Shown here: piece after piece, positions 10,048-21,199 of the stretch
Position numbering within the stretch: position 1 is the first letter of the stretch
Layout of the letters: the number at the start of each line of letters is the position of its first letter
Origin: an uncultured Prochlorococcus sp.
Lineage (GTDB): Bacteria > Cyanobacteriota > Cyanobacteriia > PCC-6307 > Cyanobiaceae
Assembly: GCA_902572915.1 (NCBI GenBank)
Contig: CACGHR010000001.1
Span: 1-52,431, forward strand
Direction: 5' to 3'
DNA: 52,431 nucleotides
Made by a program: the position numbers and the translations under genes
Notes under the pieces: model-generated
What the model saw: only the letters and a program-made list of their open reading frames with translations
The model's database searches: none
What the model was told of the DNA's origin: nothing

Positions 10048-11076
10048 TTAATCAAAGATATCATTCTCTTTACAGAATTTTTCTAAATCTTTATCATTTA
10101 ACCAATCTTGGGGTTTTGTAAAAATTGATGTAAGAAATTCTTCTCGAGAACCCTTTGTAGTTTTATATCCATATTCCCATCTAGCTAAAGGCGGTAATGA
10201 CATTAATATTGATTCCGTTCTCCCATTAGTTTGTAATCCAAAAATTGTCCCTCGATCCCAAACTAAGTTGAATTCTACATATCTACCTCTGCGATATAAT
10301 TGAAATTCTCTTTCAATAGAAGTATATTTTTGAGAAGCTCTTTTTTCAATAATTGGCAGGTAAGAAGGTAGGAATGCCTGCCCACAGTTCTCCGCTAAAG
10401 AAAATAAATTATCCCAGTTCAAATTAGTTTTGCCGATATTTTCTGAAGCTTTTGCTGCTTCTCCATTTTGATTATTTCCTCTATAAATATTGCCTGAACC
10501 ATCTTGATAATCATAAAAAATACCTCCTATACCTCTAGATTCATTTCTATGCTTCAAGAAGAAATATTCATCACACCATGGTTTGAAAACTTTATGCAAA
10601 TCTTTATCAACTTTCTCACAAGCTTTTTTATGCTCGTTATGAAAATCCCTCACATCAGAAAGATAAGGATAAAAAGGGGTTAAGTCTGCACCTCCCCCAA
10701 ACCACCAAACAGGACCAGCTTCGAAATACCTATAGTTGAGATGAACTGTAGGAATATAGGGATTACTAGGATGTAATACCATAGAAGTTCCTGTCGCAAA
10801 CCATTCATGACCTTGTGCTTCTGGTCTCTGAGAGATTATTGATTTAGGCAATTCTTTCCCATGTACTTCAGAGAAATTTACTCCTGCTTGTTCAAAAATA
10901 GAACCGTTTCTCATTACTCTTGATCTTCCACCACCACCTTCGTCTCTTAGCCAGGATTCTTCGATGAATTTCCCTTTGCTATCTACATTCTCAAGGCCTG
11001 AACAAATTTTATCTTGTAGAGTTAATAAGAGATTTTTAGCTTTTTCTCTCGAGTTTTTAGGAGGTTCTTTGAGCAT
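10048..11076 (-). CDS. hemF: oxygen-dependent coproporphyrinogen III oxidase
   Basis: [44 protein letters not shown] motifs. Confidence 0.98.
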   Translation of the reverse strand: MLKEPPKNSREKAKNLLLTLQDKICSGLENVDSKGKFIEESWLRDEGGGGRSRVMRNGSIFEQAGVNFSEVHGKELPKSIISQRPEAQGHEWFATGTSMVLHPSNPYIPTVHLNYRYFEAGPVWWFGGGADLTPFYPYLSDVRDFHNEHKKACEKVDKDLHKVFKPWCDEYFFLKHRNESRGIGGIFYDYQDGSGNIYRGNNQNGEAAKASENIGKTNLNWDNLFSLAENCGQAFLPSYLPIIEKRASQKYTSIEREFQLYRRGRYVEFNLVWDRGTIFGLQTNGRTESILMSLPPLARWEYGYKTTKGSREEFLTSIFTKPQDWLNDKDLEKFCKENDIFD

Positions 11077-11116
11077 GTATCTAGTAAATCTTGAAGAAAA
11101 AAATTTTTGGTTAATT

Positions 11117-11155
11117 ATAAGTTTCCCTTTATAATTTCTCTTAAGGGGAACTTAT
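11117..11155. repeat. 13-bp imperfect inverted repeat in the divergent hemF/mrp spacer
   Basis: ATAAGTTTCCCTT (11117-11129) pairs with AAGGGGAACTTAT (11143-11155) with one G-U pair and a 13-nt loop. Confidence 0.7.
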
Positions 11156-11234
11156 TTCCTATTATTTGATAGTTCGACATAGTTCTTAATCTTTTAAACG
11201 GTCGACTACCTTATCAAAAATATTTAAAAATTTA

Positions 11235-12305
11235 ATGACCACAATAGAAGATGCGAATTTTGCTTTACAAAAGGTTCTAGATGCTGGATCAAAGAAAAAT
11301 GTCATTGAATTAGCTTGGATTAAAAACGTAAGAGTAACAATACCAAGAATAATCGTAACATTATCATTACCATCATTCGCAAATTCTCAGAGAGATAGAA
11401 TTGTTCAAGATGTTCGCAATATATTACTGGATTTTGATGATATTGATGATGTTCAAATTGAGATAGATAATAATCTCTCTAAAACAGAATCTAAAACTGA
11501 AAGTAATGGTCCTGAGTTGCAGCAGATTAACGGTATTCGGCATATCATCGCTGTTAGTAGTGGTAAAGGGGGAGTTGGGAAAAGTACGATCGCAGTAAAT
11601 CTTGCTTGTTCTTTAGCTAAATTAGACTTAAAAACTGGTTTATTGGATGCGGATATTTATGGACCTAATACTCCCTCAATGATGGGGGTTGCCGAACAAA
11701 ATCCAAAGGTTACAGAAGGTAGTGGCAATGATCAAAGGTTAATACCAATAAATAAATATGGAATTTCATTAGTATCTATGGGTTTCCTAATAGAGGAAGG
11801 TCAACCAGTTATATGGAGAGGACCAATGCTAAATAGTATTATTCGTCAGTTCCTTTACCAAGTTGAATGGAGTGATCTTGATTTTTTGGTTATTGACTTG
11901 CCTCCAGGCACTGGGGATGCTCAAATTTCCCTTTCTCAATCTGTGCCTATTTCTGGAGCTATTGTTGTAACTACTCCACAGCAAGTATCTTTGCAAGATG
12001 CCAGGAGGGGATTAGCAATGTTTAAACAACTTGGCGTCCCTTTATTGGGAATTGTGGAAAATATGTCAGTATTTATTCCGCCAGATATGCCAAGCAAAAG
12101 ATATGAAATTTTTGGTAGAGGCGGTGGACAAACATTAGCTAAAGAAAATGATTTGCCATTGTTAGCCCAAATTCCTATTGAAATTCCTCTTGTTGACGAA
12201 AGTAATAAAGGAGTGCCAATTTCAATAAGCCAGCCAAATAAGAAAAGTTCTATCGAGTTTGATAATTTAGCACAATTAATTAAAAATCAATTTGATAATA
12301 AATAA
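11235..12305 (+). CDS. mrp: Mrp/NBP35/ApbC family P-loop ATPase
   Basis: SGKGGVGKST, DADIYGP, WRGPM, DLPPGTGD, VTTPQ, ENMS motifs. Confidence 0.93.
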   Translation: MTTIEDANFALQKVLDAGSKKNVIELAWIKNVRVTIPRIIVTLSLPSFANSQRDRIVQDVRNILLDFDDIDDVQIEIDNNLSKTESKTESNGPELQQINGIRHIIAVSSGKGGVGKSTIAVNLACSLAKLDLKTGLLDADIYGPNTPSMMGVAEQNPKVTEGSGNDQRLIPINKYGISLVSMGFLIEEGQPVIWRGPMLNSIIRQFLYQVEWSDLDFLVIDLPPGTGDAQISLSQSVPISGAIVVTTPQQVSLQDARRGLAMFKQLGVPLLGIVENMSVFIPPDMPSKRYEIFGRGGGQTLAKENDLPLLAQIPIEIPLVDESNKGVPISISQPNKKSSIEFDNLAQLIKNQFDNK

Positions 12306-12308
12306 TTG

Positions 12309-13577
12309 ATGTTTAGGAGAATTTCTTTATTAAATAAGAGAGGATTTTTACAAAAAAACGATAACTCTAGTAGAGGATTTTTATTTTCTCCACTACTTAT
12401 TATTCCCCTTTTTTTAGTTATTATTTCGGGTTTCTTAATAAAAAGTATTCAGGGGAATTATTTAGTATCGAACTATTTAAGTCATATCTTGACTGGTTTT
12501 TTTGGCTATTTTTTGGCATTTTTTATTTCATATATACCGTTAGAGAGACTTAAAAAGTATTTGCTCCCATTCTATTTGTGTACTTTGATATCCTTGTTTC
12601 TAATTTATTTTTTTGGGATTTCAGTTTCTGGAGCTCAAAGATGGCTAAACTTGGGCATCTTTTCTTTTCAGCCTTCAGAAGTCGCTAAATTAAGTACTGT
12701 TTTAACTCTTGCTTTAGTGCTCGACAAAAAAATAATTTCAACAATAAAAGATTCTGTATTGCCCTTATTAGTAGTTGTTTTTCCTTGGTTATTAATTTTT
12801 TTTCAACCTGACTTAGGCACTTCTTTAGTTTTATTGGTTTTGACAGGTGTAATGCTCTATTGGTCTCAAATGCCTTTAGAGTGGATTTTGATATTAGTTT
12901 TTTTTATTGTTACTTCTATATTATATTTAACCTTACCAACTCTTCTTATTTTCTGGATTCCATTTATAGGATATCTTGCTTATAGATCTTCGAAAAAGAA
13001 AATTATTTTTTCTGCTCTCGCCATTTCATTGCATATATTAGTGGCAAAATTGACACCAATTTTGTGGCAATTTGGTTTAAAAGAATATCAAAAAGATAGA
13101 TTAGTTTTATTTTTAGATCCAAATAGAGATCCATTAGGTGGTGGATATCATTTGATACAGAGTCAAATTGCAATTGGTTCTGGTGGATTTTTTGGTACTG
13201 GTTTGTTAAAAGGTAAGCTGACTAATTTGCAATTTATACCAGAACAACATACTGATTTTATATTCAGTGCTTTAGGCGAAGAGTTGGGTTTTATGGGATG
13301 TATCGTGGTTTTATTTTCGTTCTTTTATTTGATTAAAAAACTTATTAATATCGCAACAATTGCTAGGTCTGACTTTGAATCTTTAATCGTCATTGGAATT
13401 GCCTCAACTTTTTTATTCCAAATGATTATTAATTTATTTATGACTATTGGTTTAGGACCAGTTACTGGAATTCCCCTTCCTTTCATGAGCTATGGTAGAA
13501 CATCATTGTTGATTAATTTTATTTCTATTGGATTTGTTTTATCTATATTGAAACGTTCTAGATCACTAAGGAATTGA
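12309..13577 (+). CDS. rodA: rod shape-determining protein RodA (SEDS family)
   Basis: GAQRWL, QPSEVAK, QPDLGT, IPEQHTDFIFSALGEE, PLPFMSYG motifs; multi-TM; ATG 12309 preferred over TTG 12306. Confidence 0.92.
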   Translation: MFRRISLLNKRGFLQKNDNSSRGFLFSPLLIIPLFLVIISGFLIKSIQGNYLVSNYLSHILTGFFGYFLAFFISYIPLERLKKYLLPFYLCTLISLFLIYFFGISVSGAQRWLNLGIFSFQPSEVAKLSTVLTLALVLDKKIISTIKDSVLPLLVVVFPWLLIFFQPDLGTSLVLLVLTGVMLYWSQMPLEWILILVFFIVTSILYLTLPTLLIFWIPFIGYLAYRSSKKKIIFSALAISLHILVAKLTPILWQFGLKEYQKDRLVLFLDPNRDPLGGGYHLIQSQIAIGSGGFFGTGLLKGKLTNLQFIPEQHTDFIFSALGEELGFMGCIVVLFSFFYLIKKLINIATIARSDFESLIVIGIASTFLFQMIINLFMTIGLGPVTGIPLPFMSYGRTSLLINFISIGFVLSILKRSRSLRN

Positions 13578-14941
13578 TGAAATCGCAAATAACTATAAAG
13601 AAAATTCAAGAGCTTTTGATCAAAGGAGTTCAAAATATATATGTGGATGATGACACATCTAGGAGAATGTGGTGGGCTTCTTTAGAAGTTATTCAAAAAG
13701 ATTTCCTATCTCAGAATTATAAACAGGGAGGTATATGGGTCGCTTCTCCTTTACCAGCTCTAAATGAAAAAAAATTTTTTAGTCAACTTAATGGATGGCT
13801 TTGGTCACCTGAGGGGTTTCCATACTTTCAAAATGAGAACGCTGGTTTTTTACCAGTCAATAATTCAGATAAGATAAAAAAAAATTCCGATTTAGTTAGT
13901 AATTATAAAGTCTTAAATCTCAGCCAAAAAGATGGTTATGAACCTTTTTTGATGATAATCACTCCAAATTTTCAATGCATATTATCAATTGTAGGTGGAA
14001 AAGATAAGAAGATTTTATTAATGAAGTGTGATGAAGAAAGCTTAAAAATTTCAATTGAACTAATGCATGCGAAATTAAATCAAGAAAATTATGAGGAAGG
14101 AGTTAAATTTCGTAATGCAATCAACAATTTAGGTAATCTTAATATTAATAATCAATTTGAAAAATTCTTTTGGCCAATCTTATCGGCAAAATTAGCAAAT
14201 TTGGTACCAAATCCTAATATACAGAATTCTGTTAAAAACGATGAAAAAAATCTGCAAATAACTGAAGCAAAATTTTTACGTGCAATTTCTCATGAAGTGA
14301 GAACGCCTTTGACAACAATAAGAACCCTCATAAGTTCTACTTTAAAAAAATATAATATGGATGAATCAATGAGAAATCGTTTAATTCAAATAGATAATGA
14401 ATGTAATGAACAAATTGATAGGTTTGGCTTAATCTTTAATGCAGCAGAATTAGTAAGTAATGAAGTTACGTCATTAAATAACTTGGCAAAAATTAATTTA
14501 GCCGAAATTTTTAAAAAGCTTTCTCCTTTATGGAATAAACAATTAAGTCGTCGTGGGATTTCTTTAAAGATAGATATCCCCAGTCAACTTCCGCAAATTT
14601 TGAGTGATTCTGAAAAATTAGAATTAATGTTAAGGGGATTAATTGATAAAAATACTAGAGGATTAAAAGAAGGTAGTACATTAATTTTAGAATTAAGACC
14701 AGCTGGTCAAAAACTTAAACTTCAATTAAAAGTACAAAAATTAGAAAGTAATCAAAAAGAAATTCTAAAAAAAGATAAAGGTTCTGATATTGGTCCTGTT
14801 TTAAATTGGAACCCTCAAACAGGTAGTTTACAACTTAGTCAAAGTGCTACTCAAAAGTTGTTAGCTAGTTTAGGAGGGCATGTTACACAAAGGCGTGATA
14901 CAGGTTTGACAGTATTTTTTCCAATTTCAGATTCAAAATAA
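13574..14941 (+). CDS. hik2: sensor histidine kinase, Hik2/chloroplast sensor kinase-like
   Basis: H-box SHEVRTPLTTIRT, soluble N-terminal sensor region, divergent HATPase (WNPQTGSLQLS); rodA-hik-psaD neighbourhood. Confidence 0.75.
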   Translation: MMKSQITIKKIQELLIKGVQNIYVDDDTSRRMWWASLEVIQKDFLSQNYKQGGIWVASPLPALNEKKFFSQLNGWLWSPEGFPYFQNENAGFLPVNNSDKIKKNSDLVSNYKVLNLSQKDGYEPFLMIITPNFQCILSIVGGKDKKILLMKCDEESLKISIELMHAKLNQENYEEGVKFRNAINNLGNLNINNQFEKFFWPILSAKLANLVPNPNIQNSVKNDEKNLQITEAKFLRAISHEVRTPLTTIRTLISSTLKKYNMDESMRNRLIQIDNECNEQIDRFGLIFNAAELVSNEVTSLNNLAKINLAEIFKKLSPLWNKQLSRRGISLKIDIPSQLPQILSDSEKLELMLRGLIDKNTRGLKEGSTLILELRPAGQKLKLQLKVQKLESNQKEILKKDKGSDIGPVLNWNPQTGSLQLSQSATQKLLASLGGHVTQRRDTGLTVFFPISDSK

Positions 14942-15052
14942 AATGATAAACAAATTTTCCATATATTAAATAATGTAGAAAATTTCATGTAAATTTCGAA
15001 TTTTGCAAAATATGAATGCTAATTTCTTATTATAAATAACTCAAAATCAAGG

Positions 15053-15475
15053 ATGACTGAAACTTTAGTTGGTCAATTTCCAAAGCATATAGGAAGTACT
15101 GGGGGTTTATTAAACTCAGCAGAAACCGAAGAAAAATATGCAATTGTATGGAAAAGTTCAAAGGAACAAGCATTTGAATTGCCCACGGGTGGAGCGGCTA
15201 TTATGCATGAAGGTGATAACTTAATGTACTTTGCAAGAAAAGAACAATGCCTTGCATTAGGGACACAATTAAGAGCCTTTAAACCAAGAATTGAAGATTT
15301 TAAAATATACCGAATTTTCCCAGGTGGTGATATTGAATTTTTACATCCAAAAGATGGTGTTTTTCCTGAAAAAGTAAATGAAGGCAGGGAGAAAGTAGGT
15401 CATAACCCTAGAAGAATAGGTGAGAATCCTAATCCAGCTGGTTTGAAATTTACTTCTAAGAATACTTTTGATTAA
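15053..15475 (+). CDS. psaD: photosystem I reaction centre subunit II
   Basis: [37 protein letters not shown] motifs. Confidence 0.98.
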   Translation: MTETLVGQFPKHIGSTGGLLNSAETEEKYAIVWKSSKEQAFELPTGGAAIMHEGDNLMYFARKEQCLALGTQLRAFKPRIEDFKIYRIFPGGDIEFLHPKDGVFPEKVNEGREKVGHNPRRIGENPNPAGLKFTSKNTFD

Positions 15476-15534
15476 CTTCCTTAAAGTTGATATAAAAGAA
15501 GAAAATAATTATAATTTGGGTTGACATTATTAAT

Positions 15535-17058
15535 ATGATCAGCTCACAGAAAGATAGTTTTTTAAAGGCTCACAAAGAAGGTAAGAATTTTATACCTATC
15601 ATTCAAACTTGGCCAGCAGATTTAGAGACTCCATTGTCGACTTGGTTAAAATTATCCTCGGAAGACTCTCATGGTGTTTTTCTTGAATCTGTTGAAGGTG
15701 GGGAAAGTTTGGGCAGGTGGAGCATTGTTGCTACTAAACCTCTTTGGGAAGCCGTTTGTTACGGAGAAGAAATAGTTAAAACTTGGAATAATGGTAAAAC
15801 TGAAACACATAAAGGTGATCCTTTTGATATGTTAAGAAGTTGGACAAAGGAATATAGGTCAACCATGCTTGATGACTTACCATCAATTGGACAGTTATAT
15901 GGCTCTTGGGGTTATGAATTAATAAATCGAATAGAACCAAGCGTTCCAATAAATGAAATACCAGAAAACAATATCCCTTATGGTTCCTGGATGTTTTTTG
16001 ATCAGTTAGTTGTTTTTGATCAAATAAAAAGATGCATTACTGCTGTGGTTTATGCAGATACAACTTCTTTAAAAGAGTCCTCAATTGAAGAGTTGTATCT
16101 CAACTCAATTTCTAAAATTCAGAAAACTAGAAATTTAATGAGAGTTCCTCTAAAAGAAAATGAGTTTTTAGATTGGAATGAAAATGAGAATTTGAATTTA
16201 GATCTACGAAGTAATTGGAAGAAAAAAGATTTTGAGGATGCTGTTCTCTCTGCAAAAGAATACATAAGAAAGGGAGATATCTTCCAAATAGTTATAAGTC
16301 AGAGATTTCAAACTCAAGTCAATAATGATCCCTTTAATTTATATAGAAGTTTGAGGATGGTTAATCCATCTCCATACATGTCATTTTTCGATTTTGGCTC
16401 ATGGTATCTGATAGGTTCAAGTCCTGAAGTAATGGTTAAGGCTGAAAAAAATAATAATAGTCAGATTGTTGCAAGTTTAAGACCAATAGCTGGTACAAGA
16501 CCTAGAGGTATTGATAATCAACGAGACTTGGAATTAGAAAAGGATTTATTAAAAGATCCAAAAGAGATAGCTGAGCATGTAATGTTAATTGATCTTGGGA
16601 GAAATGATCTTGGAAGAGTTTGCGAAATTGGTACTGTGAAGGTTAAGGATTTAATGGTTATCGAGAAATATTCACATGTTATGCATATAGTTAGTGAAAT
16701 TGAGGGAATCTTAAAAAACAATGCTGATATATGGGATTTGCTAAAAGCATCTTTCCCCGCTGGGACAGTAACTGGTGCGCCAAAAATAAGAGCTATGCAA
16801 TTGATTAATCACTTTGAAAAAGATGCAAGAGGACCTTATGCTGGTGTTTACGGATCTATTGATATTAATGGTGCATTAAATACGGCAATTACAATAAGAA
16901 CTATGATAGTTAAACCTTTAAGAGATGGGAAATATGATGTTTCAGTGCAAGCAGGAGCTGGAATAGTTGCTGATTCTTTTCCTGAAAATGAATATCAAGA
17001 GACGATAAATAAAGCAAAGGGGATACTAAAAGCATTAGCCTGTTTGGAAAATAAATGA
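15535..17058 (+). CDS. trpE: anthranilate synthase component I
   Basis: FLESVEGG, NPSPYM, PIAGTRPRG, EHVMLIDLGRND, FPAGTVTGAPKIRAM motifs. Confidence 0.95.
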   Translation: MISSQKDSFLKAHKEGKNFIPIIQTWPADLETPLSTWLKLSSEDSHGVFLESVEGGESLGRWSIVATKPLWEAVCYGEEIVKTWNNGKTETHKGDPFDMLRSWTKEYRSTMLDDLPSIGQLYGSWGYELINRIEPSVPINEIPENNIPYGSWMFFDQLVVFDQIKRCITAVVYADTTSLKESSIEELYLNSISKIQKTRNLMRVPLKENEFLDWNENENLNLDLRSNWKKKDFEDAVLSAKEYIRKGDIFQIVISQRFQTQVNNDPFNLYRSLRMVNPSPYMSFFDFGSWYLIGSSPEVMVKAEKNNNSQIVASLRPIAGTRPRGIDNQRDLELEKDLLKDPKEIAEHVMLIDLGRNDLGRVCEIGTVKVKDLMVIEKYSHVMHIVSEIEGILKNNADIWDLLKASFPAGTVTGAPKIRAMQLINHFEKDARGPYAGVYGSIDINGALNTAITIRTMIVKPLRDGKYDVSVQAGAGIVADSFPENEYQETINKAKGILKALACLENK

Positions 17059-18173
17059 GTCAAAATAATCTTTATAAGGGTTTTGAGGTGGAACTTTTCA
17101 CAGGTTCTTTAAATTCTCATATTGGTGTTTCGGCTGAAATTGAGAAAAAATTTCCTGATTTTGTAAAAGAGCCAGATAACAGAAATGTTGAATACATAAC
17201 AACACCTGAAAAAGACTACAATTTTTTATATGAGAAATTAATAACTCCAAGAAAAAAGTTAAGAAAGTGGCTAGATACTAAAAATTTAACAATCATTCCT
17301 TCATCCACTCTTTGTTTTAAACACGACATTCAATTTCAAAGATCTGATATCGACAATGTTTATCATCAATTTATACAAGATAATTATGGAACTTCTATTG
17401 CAACTTCAAGTGTACATATAAACGTAGGAATAGATAATTTAGATAAGCTTTTTGCTGCTATAAGACTTATAAGATCCGAAGCTGCTCTATATCTATCCTT
17501 AAGTGCTAGTTCACCTTTTTTAAATAATAAAATTACAAATAATCATTCTCAGAGATGGATCCAGTTTCCTAAAACACCAAGTAGAGTACCTTTTTTTGTG
17601 AATCATAATTCTTATATCGATTGGATAGAAGAAAATATATCTAATAAAAATATGCAAAATATTAGGCATTTTTGGTCTTCAATTCGACCAAATGGTCCAC
17701 AAAGGCCTTTAATTCTTGATCGTTTGGAATTAAGAATTTGCGATTTTGTACATGATATCAATCTGCTTTTGGGGATAACAGCCATGATCGAATTAAGGAT
17801 TTTACATCTTTTTGAAAATATAAATACATTAGATCCTTTGAATGCAAGTATTTTTTCTATGGATGAGTTATCAGAAATATGTGATCAAAATGAGATAAAT
17901 GCTTCTAAAGATAGCCTGAATTCAGAGTTAATTAACTGGCAAGATGGCAAAAAAGTTATTTGTAGAGAATGGATTCAAAACTTATTATCAGATTTATCAT
18001 CCATAGCAGAAAATTTTGGTATGAAACATCTTTTAAATCCTATCTATAAAGTGCTTGAAGAAGGCAATCAATCTATGAAATGGATAAATCAATATGAAAA
18101 AGGTCTTTCTATTGAGCAGATAATGAAAATTTCTATTGAAGATATGATAAGGAGCGAAGGCGAGAATTTTTGA
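17055..18173 (+). CDS. gshA: glutamate--cysteine ligase (cyanobacterial type)
   Basis: KGFEVELFTG, EPDNRNVEY, SVHINVG, RPNGP, RLELRICD motifs. Confidence 0.9.
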   Translation: MSQNNLYKGFEVELFTGSLNSHIGVSAEIEKKFPDFVKEPDNRNVEYITTPEKDYNFLYEKLITPRKKLRKWLDTKNLTIIPSSTLCFKHDIQFQRSDIDNVYHQFIQDNYGTSIATSSVHINVGIDNLDKLFAAIRLIRSEAALYLSLSASSPFLNNKITNNHSQRWIQFPKTPSRVPFFVNHNSYIDWIEENISNKNMQNIRHFWSSIRPNGPQRPLILDRLELRICDFVHDINLLLGITAMIELRILHLFENINTLDPLNASIFSMDELSEICDQNEINASKDSLNSELINWQDGKKVICREWIQNLLSDLSSIAENFGMKHLLNPIYKVLEEGNQSMKWINQYEKGLSIEQIMKISIEDMIRSEGENF

Positions 18174-18226
18174 TTATTTAACTAAATATTTGTTCTGAAC
18201 ATTTTCACTTGTGACATAATGATTAT

Positions 18227-21196
18227 ATGGAATCTTTTCGACAGATAAAAAATAATAATGTGGATCTTATAAGTAACAATGATCCACTTGATAAAAACCG
18301 TCTTTTAATAGAAGATCTATGGGAATCTGTGCTTAGAGAAGAATGCCCAGAGGATCAAGCAGAGAGATTGATACAGCTTAAAGAACTAAGTTATTCAAAA
18401 CAAATTGATGGTGATACTTCAAAAACTTTTAAAAATGAAATAGTTGATATTGTAAATTCTATGGATTTAGCAGAATCCATCGCAGCAGCAAGGGCTTTTT
18501 CATTGTATTTTCAACTTGTGAATATTTTGGAACAAAGAGTTGAGGAAGATAGATATATTCAAAGCTTTACCAATAAGGATGTTCAAAAATCGCCCGACAA
18601 TCTTGATCCTTTTGCTCCAGCATTGGCTAGGCAAAATGCTCCAGTAACATTTAGAGAATTATTTTATAGGTTGAGGAAATTAAATGTACCACCAGGTAAA
18701 TTAGAAGAGTTATTGCAGGAAATGGACATCCGTTTAGTTTTTACTGCACATCCGACCGAGATTGTAAGACATACGATTAGACATAAGCAAACAAGAGTAG
18801 CAAATTTGTTAAAAAAAATACAAATTGAGCAATTTCTAACAAAAGAAGAAAAAAATTCTCTAAAAACCCAGTTAAAAGAGGAAGTAAGACTTTGGTGGAG
18901 AACAGATGAATTGCATCAATTTAAACCTTCAGTTTTAGACGAAGTAGATTATGCCTTGCATTATTTTCAGCAAGTTTTATTTAATGCGATGCCTCAATTG
19001 AGGGGTAGGATCGCTGAAGCATTAACAGAAAATTATCCAGATGTTCAGATGCCCTCTGAATCTTTTTGTAACTTCGGTTCTTGGGTAGGTTCAGATAGAG
19101 ATGGCAATCCATCTGTCACTCCTGAGATAACGTGGCGAACTGCTTGCTACCAAAGGCAGTTGATGTTGGAAAGATATGTTATTGCGACTTCTAATCTTAG
19201 AGATCAATTAAGTGTTTCGATGCAATGGAGTCAAGTCAGTTCTTCTTTATTAGAGTCACTAGAAACTGACAGGGTTAAGTTCCCAGAAATATATGAAGCT
19301 AGGGCTACAAGGTATAGATCAGAACCTTACAGATTGAAATTAAGTTATATTTTAGAAAAATTAAGGTTAACACAAGAAAGAAATAATTTATTAGCTGATA
19401 GTGGGTGGAAATTTGACATAGAGGGAGAAATTGATAACAAAAATTTAGATAAAGTTGAAAATTTATATTACAAGTCAGTAAACGAATTTACTTATGATCT
19501 CGAACTAATTAAAAACAGCCTGATTAGTACAGATTTAACATGCGAGTCTGTAAATAATTTACTTACTCAGGTTCATATTTTTGGATTTTCTTTAGCAAGT
19601 TTAGATATTCGTCAAGAGAGTACAAGGCATAGTGACGCTATACAAGAGCTTACAAATTATCTTGATTTACTTGTGCAATATGACCAAATGTCTGAGGAAG
19701 AGAAAATTAAATGGCTTATAGAAGAATTAAATACAAAAAGGCCTTTAATTCCATCTGACGTTAACTGGACAAAAACTACAGAAGAAACCTTTTCAGTTTT
19801 TAAAATGGTTAAGAGATTACAGCAAGAATTTGGAAGTCGCATTTGTCATTCTTATGTAATTTCAATGAGTCATAGTGCATCTGACTTGCTTGAAGTTCTC
19901 TTACTGGCAAAAGAAATGGGACTTCTGGATCAAAATTCACAAAAGTCAAAATTATTAGTTGTTCCTCTTTTTGAAACTGTTGAAGACCTTAAAAGAGCAC
20001 CAGAAGTAATGGAAAAGTTGTTTAAATTGGATTTCTACAGATCGTTATTGCCAAAAGTGGGCGAATCTTTTAAACCACTACAAGAATTAATGCTTGGATA
20101 TTCTGATAGCAATAAAGATTCGGGGTTTGTTTCTAGTAATTGGGAAATTCATCGAGCCCAAATAGCTCTTCAAAATCTTTCAAGTAGAAATAACATATTG
20201 CTTAGACTGTTTCATGGAAGAGGAGGTTCTGTAGGAAGAGGAGGAGGACCAGCCTATCAGGCAATATTGGCTCAACCAAGCGGCACTTTAAAAGGGAGAA
20301 TAAAGATAACAGAACAAGGTGAAGTGTTAGCTTCTAAATATAGTCTTCCGGAACTGGCTTTGTACAATCTTGAGACTGTCACTACAGCGGTGATTCAAAA
20401 TAGTTTGGTAAATAATAGACTTGACGCTACTCCAGAATGGAATCAATTGATGTCTAGGTTAGCAGAAACATCAAGGTCTCACTACAGAAAATTAGTTCAT
20501 GAGAATCCTGATTTGTTAAATTTCTTTCAAGAGGTCACTCCAATTGAAGAAATAAGTAAATTACAGATATCTAGTAGACCTGCTAGAAGAAAAAAAGGTG
20601 CAAAAGATTTGTCAAGTTTAAGAGCTATTCCATGGGTATTTGGTTGGACACAAAGTAGATTTCTTTTGCCAAGTTGGTTTGGAGTAGGCACTGCATTGTC
20701 ATCTGAATTAAATTCAGATCCGCAACAAATCGAATTATTAAGAGTTTTGCATCAAAGATGGCCATTTTTTAGGATGCTTATATCTAAGGTAGAAATGACA
20801 TTATCTAAGGTGGATTTGGAAGTTGCTAGATATTATGTTGATACTCTTGGCAGTAAAGAAAATAAAGACTCATTTGATGATATTTTTGAAGTAATTTCTA
20901 AAGAATATAATCTTACAAAATCTTTAGTACTTGAAATTACCGGTAAAAATAAGCTTCTTGAATCAGATAGAGACTTGAAATCATCAGTAAGCTTGAGAAA
21001 TAAGACAATCATCCCATTGGGTTTTTTACAGGTTTCACTTTTAAGAAGACTAAGAGACCAGACAAGACAACCTCCAATAAGCGAATTTATTATAGATAAA
21101 GATGAATCTAGAAGAGCTTACAGCAGAAGTGAATTATTGAGGGGGGCACTTTTAACTATTAATGGGATAGCAGCTGGCATGAGAAATACAGGTTAA
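18227..21196 (+). CDS. ppc: phosphoenolpyruvate carboxylase
   Basis: [48 protein letters not shown] motifs; C-terminal MRNTG. Confidence 0.99.
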   Translation: MESFRQIKNNNVDLISNNDPLDKNRLLIEDLWESVLREECPEDQAERLIQLKELSYSKQIDGDTSKTFKNEIVDIVNSMDLAESIAAARAFSLYFQLVNILEQRVEEDRYIQSFTNKDVQKSPDNLDPFAPALARQNAPVTFRELFYRLRKLNVPPGKLEELLQEMDIRLVFTAHPTEIVRHTIRHKQTRVANLLKKIQIEQFLTKEEKNSLKTQLKEEVRLWWRTDELHQFKPSVLDEVDYALHYFQQVLFNAMPQLRGRIAEALTENYPDVQMPSESFCNFGSWVGSDRDGNPSVTPEITWRTACYQRQLMLERYVIATSNLRDQLSVSMQWSQVSSSLLESLETDRVKFPEIYEARATRYRSEPYRLKLSYILEKLRLTQERNNLLADSGWKFDIEGEIDNKNLDKVENLYYKSVNEFTYDLELIKNSLISTDLTCESVNNLLTQVHIFGFSLASLDIRQESTRHSDAIQELTNYLDLLVQYDQMSEEEKIKWLIEELNTKRPLIPSDVNWTKTTEETFSVFKMVKRLQQEFGSRICHSYVISMSHSASDLLEVLLLAKEMGLLDQNSQKSKLLVVPLFETVEDLKRAPEVMEKLFKLDFYRSLLPKVGESFKPLQELMLGYSDSNKDSGFVSSNWEIHRAQIALQNLSSRNNILLRLFHGRGGSVGRGGGPAYQAILAQPSGTLKGRIKITEQGEVLASKYSLPELALYNLETVTTAVIQNSLVNNRLDATPEWNQLMSRLAETSRSHYRKLVHENPDLLNFFQEVTPIEEISKLQISSRPARRKKGAKDLSSLRAIPWVFGWTQSRFLLPSWFGVGTALSSELNSDPQQIELLRVLHQRWPFFRMLISKVEMTLSKVDLEVARYYVDTLGSKENKDSFDDIFEVISKEYNLTKSLVLEITGKNKLLESDRDLKSSVSLRNKTIIPLGFLQVSLLRRLRDQTRQPPISEFIIDKDESRRAYSRSELLRGALLTINGIAAGMRNTG

Positions 21197-21199
21197 TAA

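Noticed and set aside
14952-14985. AT-rich inverted repeat upstream of psaD as an RpaB/HLR1 site or terminator
   Set aside because: The stem is almost all A/T, and I could not find correctly spaced HLR1 direct repeats.
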